Below are positions 62,017 through 64,000 of a stretch of DNA of 64,000 nt, one piece after another (the stretch's first letter is position 1; every line of letters begins with the position of its first letter). The notes under the pieces are model-generated. The model saw only the letters and a list, made by a program, of their open reading frames with translations. It did no database searches and was not told the DNA's origin. A program made the position numbers and the translations under genes. Source of the DNA: the human T2T-CHM13v2.0 reference genome, Homo sapiens; the NCBI RefSeq assembly GCF_009914755.1, contig NC_060928.1. One strand, 5' to 3'.

Positions 62017-62164
62017 TTATGTGAAATTTAGAATATATTGCCCCAAAGAAACAATGTGACACTAAAGCATAGCTAAACAATACTAGGGTATTACACCAAC
62101 CTGCTGAATAACCAACCCCACCACCATCACCACCACCACCACCACTACCACTACCACTACCAAA

Positions 62165-62351
62165 GTACAGTGTTGAGGAGAACAGGGTGCTCTGAGGCTG
62201 CCTGAGGTTCAACATCTTTTGTGACCTCGACTGGGGTAATTAATTCTACAAGTCTAATATTCCTCACCTTTAAAATGGAGATGATAAAATCACCTGCTCC
62301 ACACGAGTTACTGTGAAAATTAAAAGAGGGAACCTAAAGCACTTAGCACAG
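62165..62351 (+). mobile_element. MIR
   Basis: TTCCTCACCTTTAAAATGGAGATGATA...AAAGCACTTAGCACAG. Confidence 0.8.
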
Positions 62352-62675
62352 TCATCCATCCAACATGTATTTATTAAGCACCTACTACATGTTAGGTACA
62401 AGGCCCCAAGGCCCTGGCAATGAAACAGTAAACAAAAAAAGTAAGTCCCTACTTTTATGGAGTGTGTATTCTAATAAAAGAAAACACGCAATAAAAAAAA
62501 TCTGATGGAGTTAATGCTATGAAAATAAAGCAGGATATAAGAGATAAAGAGTAACAAGGAGAAGGATACTATTTTGGTAGTGGGGAAAGGTTCTCTAATA
62601 AGGCCACAAATTTTAACAAAGACCATAAGAGAATGAAGAAGAGGGTCATACAGAGAACTGGGGGAAGAAATCAGA
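62352..62675 (-). mobile_element. L2 3' end (probably resumes at about 63520-64000 after an old L1M 5' fragment)
   Basis: CATCCATCCAACATGTATTTATTAAGCACCTAC; later CAAAGGCCCTAAGG motif. Confidence 0.75.
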
Positions 62676-64000
62676 TCCATTTCTGGCAATATGGTAGACT
62701 AGATGCCCAGAAAAGTACTTGTGATTCAGAATTTCTTAAAATGCTGAATATTAAAACAAAAATAGTATTTTTCATGAGTGGCTGAGCTGAAAGAAAGAAA
62801 AAACAACAAAGCATTGGTGAGCACTGAAACCAGCCTCTCCCCTGGGAGCATCCATCAATTCCCCAGTGGCTTAGAAGTCAGTTTAAGGGACTGGTGAGAA
62901 GGACATAAAGGTTGGGGCCTAAACAAGGTGGGAAATCTGAAAAGCAACACTCAGTGGATGAACTGCAGAGGAGGGTAAACAACATGCTAAACAGAGATCA
63001 CAGTTGGCATGTTTGCCTTTCCCAGTCTCGGTGGAAGAGAAAAAACGAAGTCACCCTTCGCTCACTCCAGTTTAAGGACAAAATTCATACTACCTATGTG
63101 GTCTAGAAAAACTCAGACTAAAAATTCAGTTTCGAGAGATTCTGGGTTGGAAGAGACTAGAGCATGACAGAAGCAAACACCAATCCAGCCAAGAGGAGTA
63201 CACTAAACCCAAGCCTTCAGTGATATTCACAAATAAAAATCCATGGAAGATTATCTCACAATTAAAAAGAAATTCACAAAATAATGAAAAAAGCCCCCAA
63301 GAATCAGCAGAACAAGCCTTTCAGGAACAGAAGAAACGATGAGGAACATGAAAATAATCAGATATATAATATAAAAATGTTAATGTTTAAGGAAATAAAA
63401 GAGATATAGAAAGTATGACTGAGGAAAAGAAACTGTAAAAAACATGAATATGAAAAAATCAAACAATTGTAATGTTTCTGGATAGAAACATTACAATTGC
63501 TTATTGATAGTCATACAATAATTGGATATTTGAGAGGAGATCATTCTAGGCAAAGGAAAAAATAAGTTCAAAGGCCCTAAGGTAAGACTGTGCTTGGCTT
63601 GCTTTAGGAAGTACAAAAGGGCCATGGCATCCAGAGTTGAGTAAACAAGGAAGAAAAGTGGGAAGAAATGACGACCAAGAACTGGTACTTAATAGGTCAC
63701 AAAATACCTCAATAAATATTATTTATTATCCCATAATTTCTATTGGAAAAATTTGGATATTAGAAATAATAATTTCTTCTTTACCATTTCTGCATTAAAT
63801 ATAGAAGCCAGAGCAGAGCTACAGAGGATCTCAAGTAGGTTCAGAAGGAAATAAGAAAATATTCCTTTTCTATGAAGTAGGGAGAGTCTTCAGTAGAGGT
63901 CCCAGTGCCAAGGAAGACATCTGGGTCTTGTGTGAGCAAGGTAGAAATGAAGTGATTCAGAAGATACATTTCTGGAAATAATAATGATCAACAACAACCA

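Noticed and set aside
62115-62162. Gly-rich ORF from (CCA)n/(CCACTA)n
   Set aside because: Simple repeat; not telomeric and not demonstrably coding

Overview
Great-ape (most likely human) genomic DNA: AT-rich and dominated by interspersed repeats. I found no convincing protein-coding exon; the ORF track is almost entirely Alu, SVA, L1, THE1 and Tigger translations. It contains about 45 Alu pieces, two full-length SVAs (older SVA_B/C-like) about 10 kb apart, a full THE1 MaLR provirus plus two solo THE1 LTRs, several MLT1 LTRs, a full-length Tigger1 that splits a 5S rRNA pseudogene, a rearranged L1M1-type LINE, older L1M/L2/MIR fragments and a rearranged MER1B. Both SVAs and nearly all L1s lie on +, and + is A-rich, which suggests a long intron of a minus-strand gene that I cannot name. 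I see no new biological system. The most notable signals are repair or retrotransposition scars: a multi-template insertion at about 11.3 kb copied from about 3.5-3.8 kb upstream, the split 5S pseudogene, a short SVA 3' transduction, a 27-nt orphan TPRT-like insert, and several fold-back or inversion events. Repeat subfamily calls come from recalled consensus sequences, were made by eye, and need RepeatMasker/Dfam confirmation.
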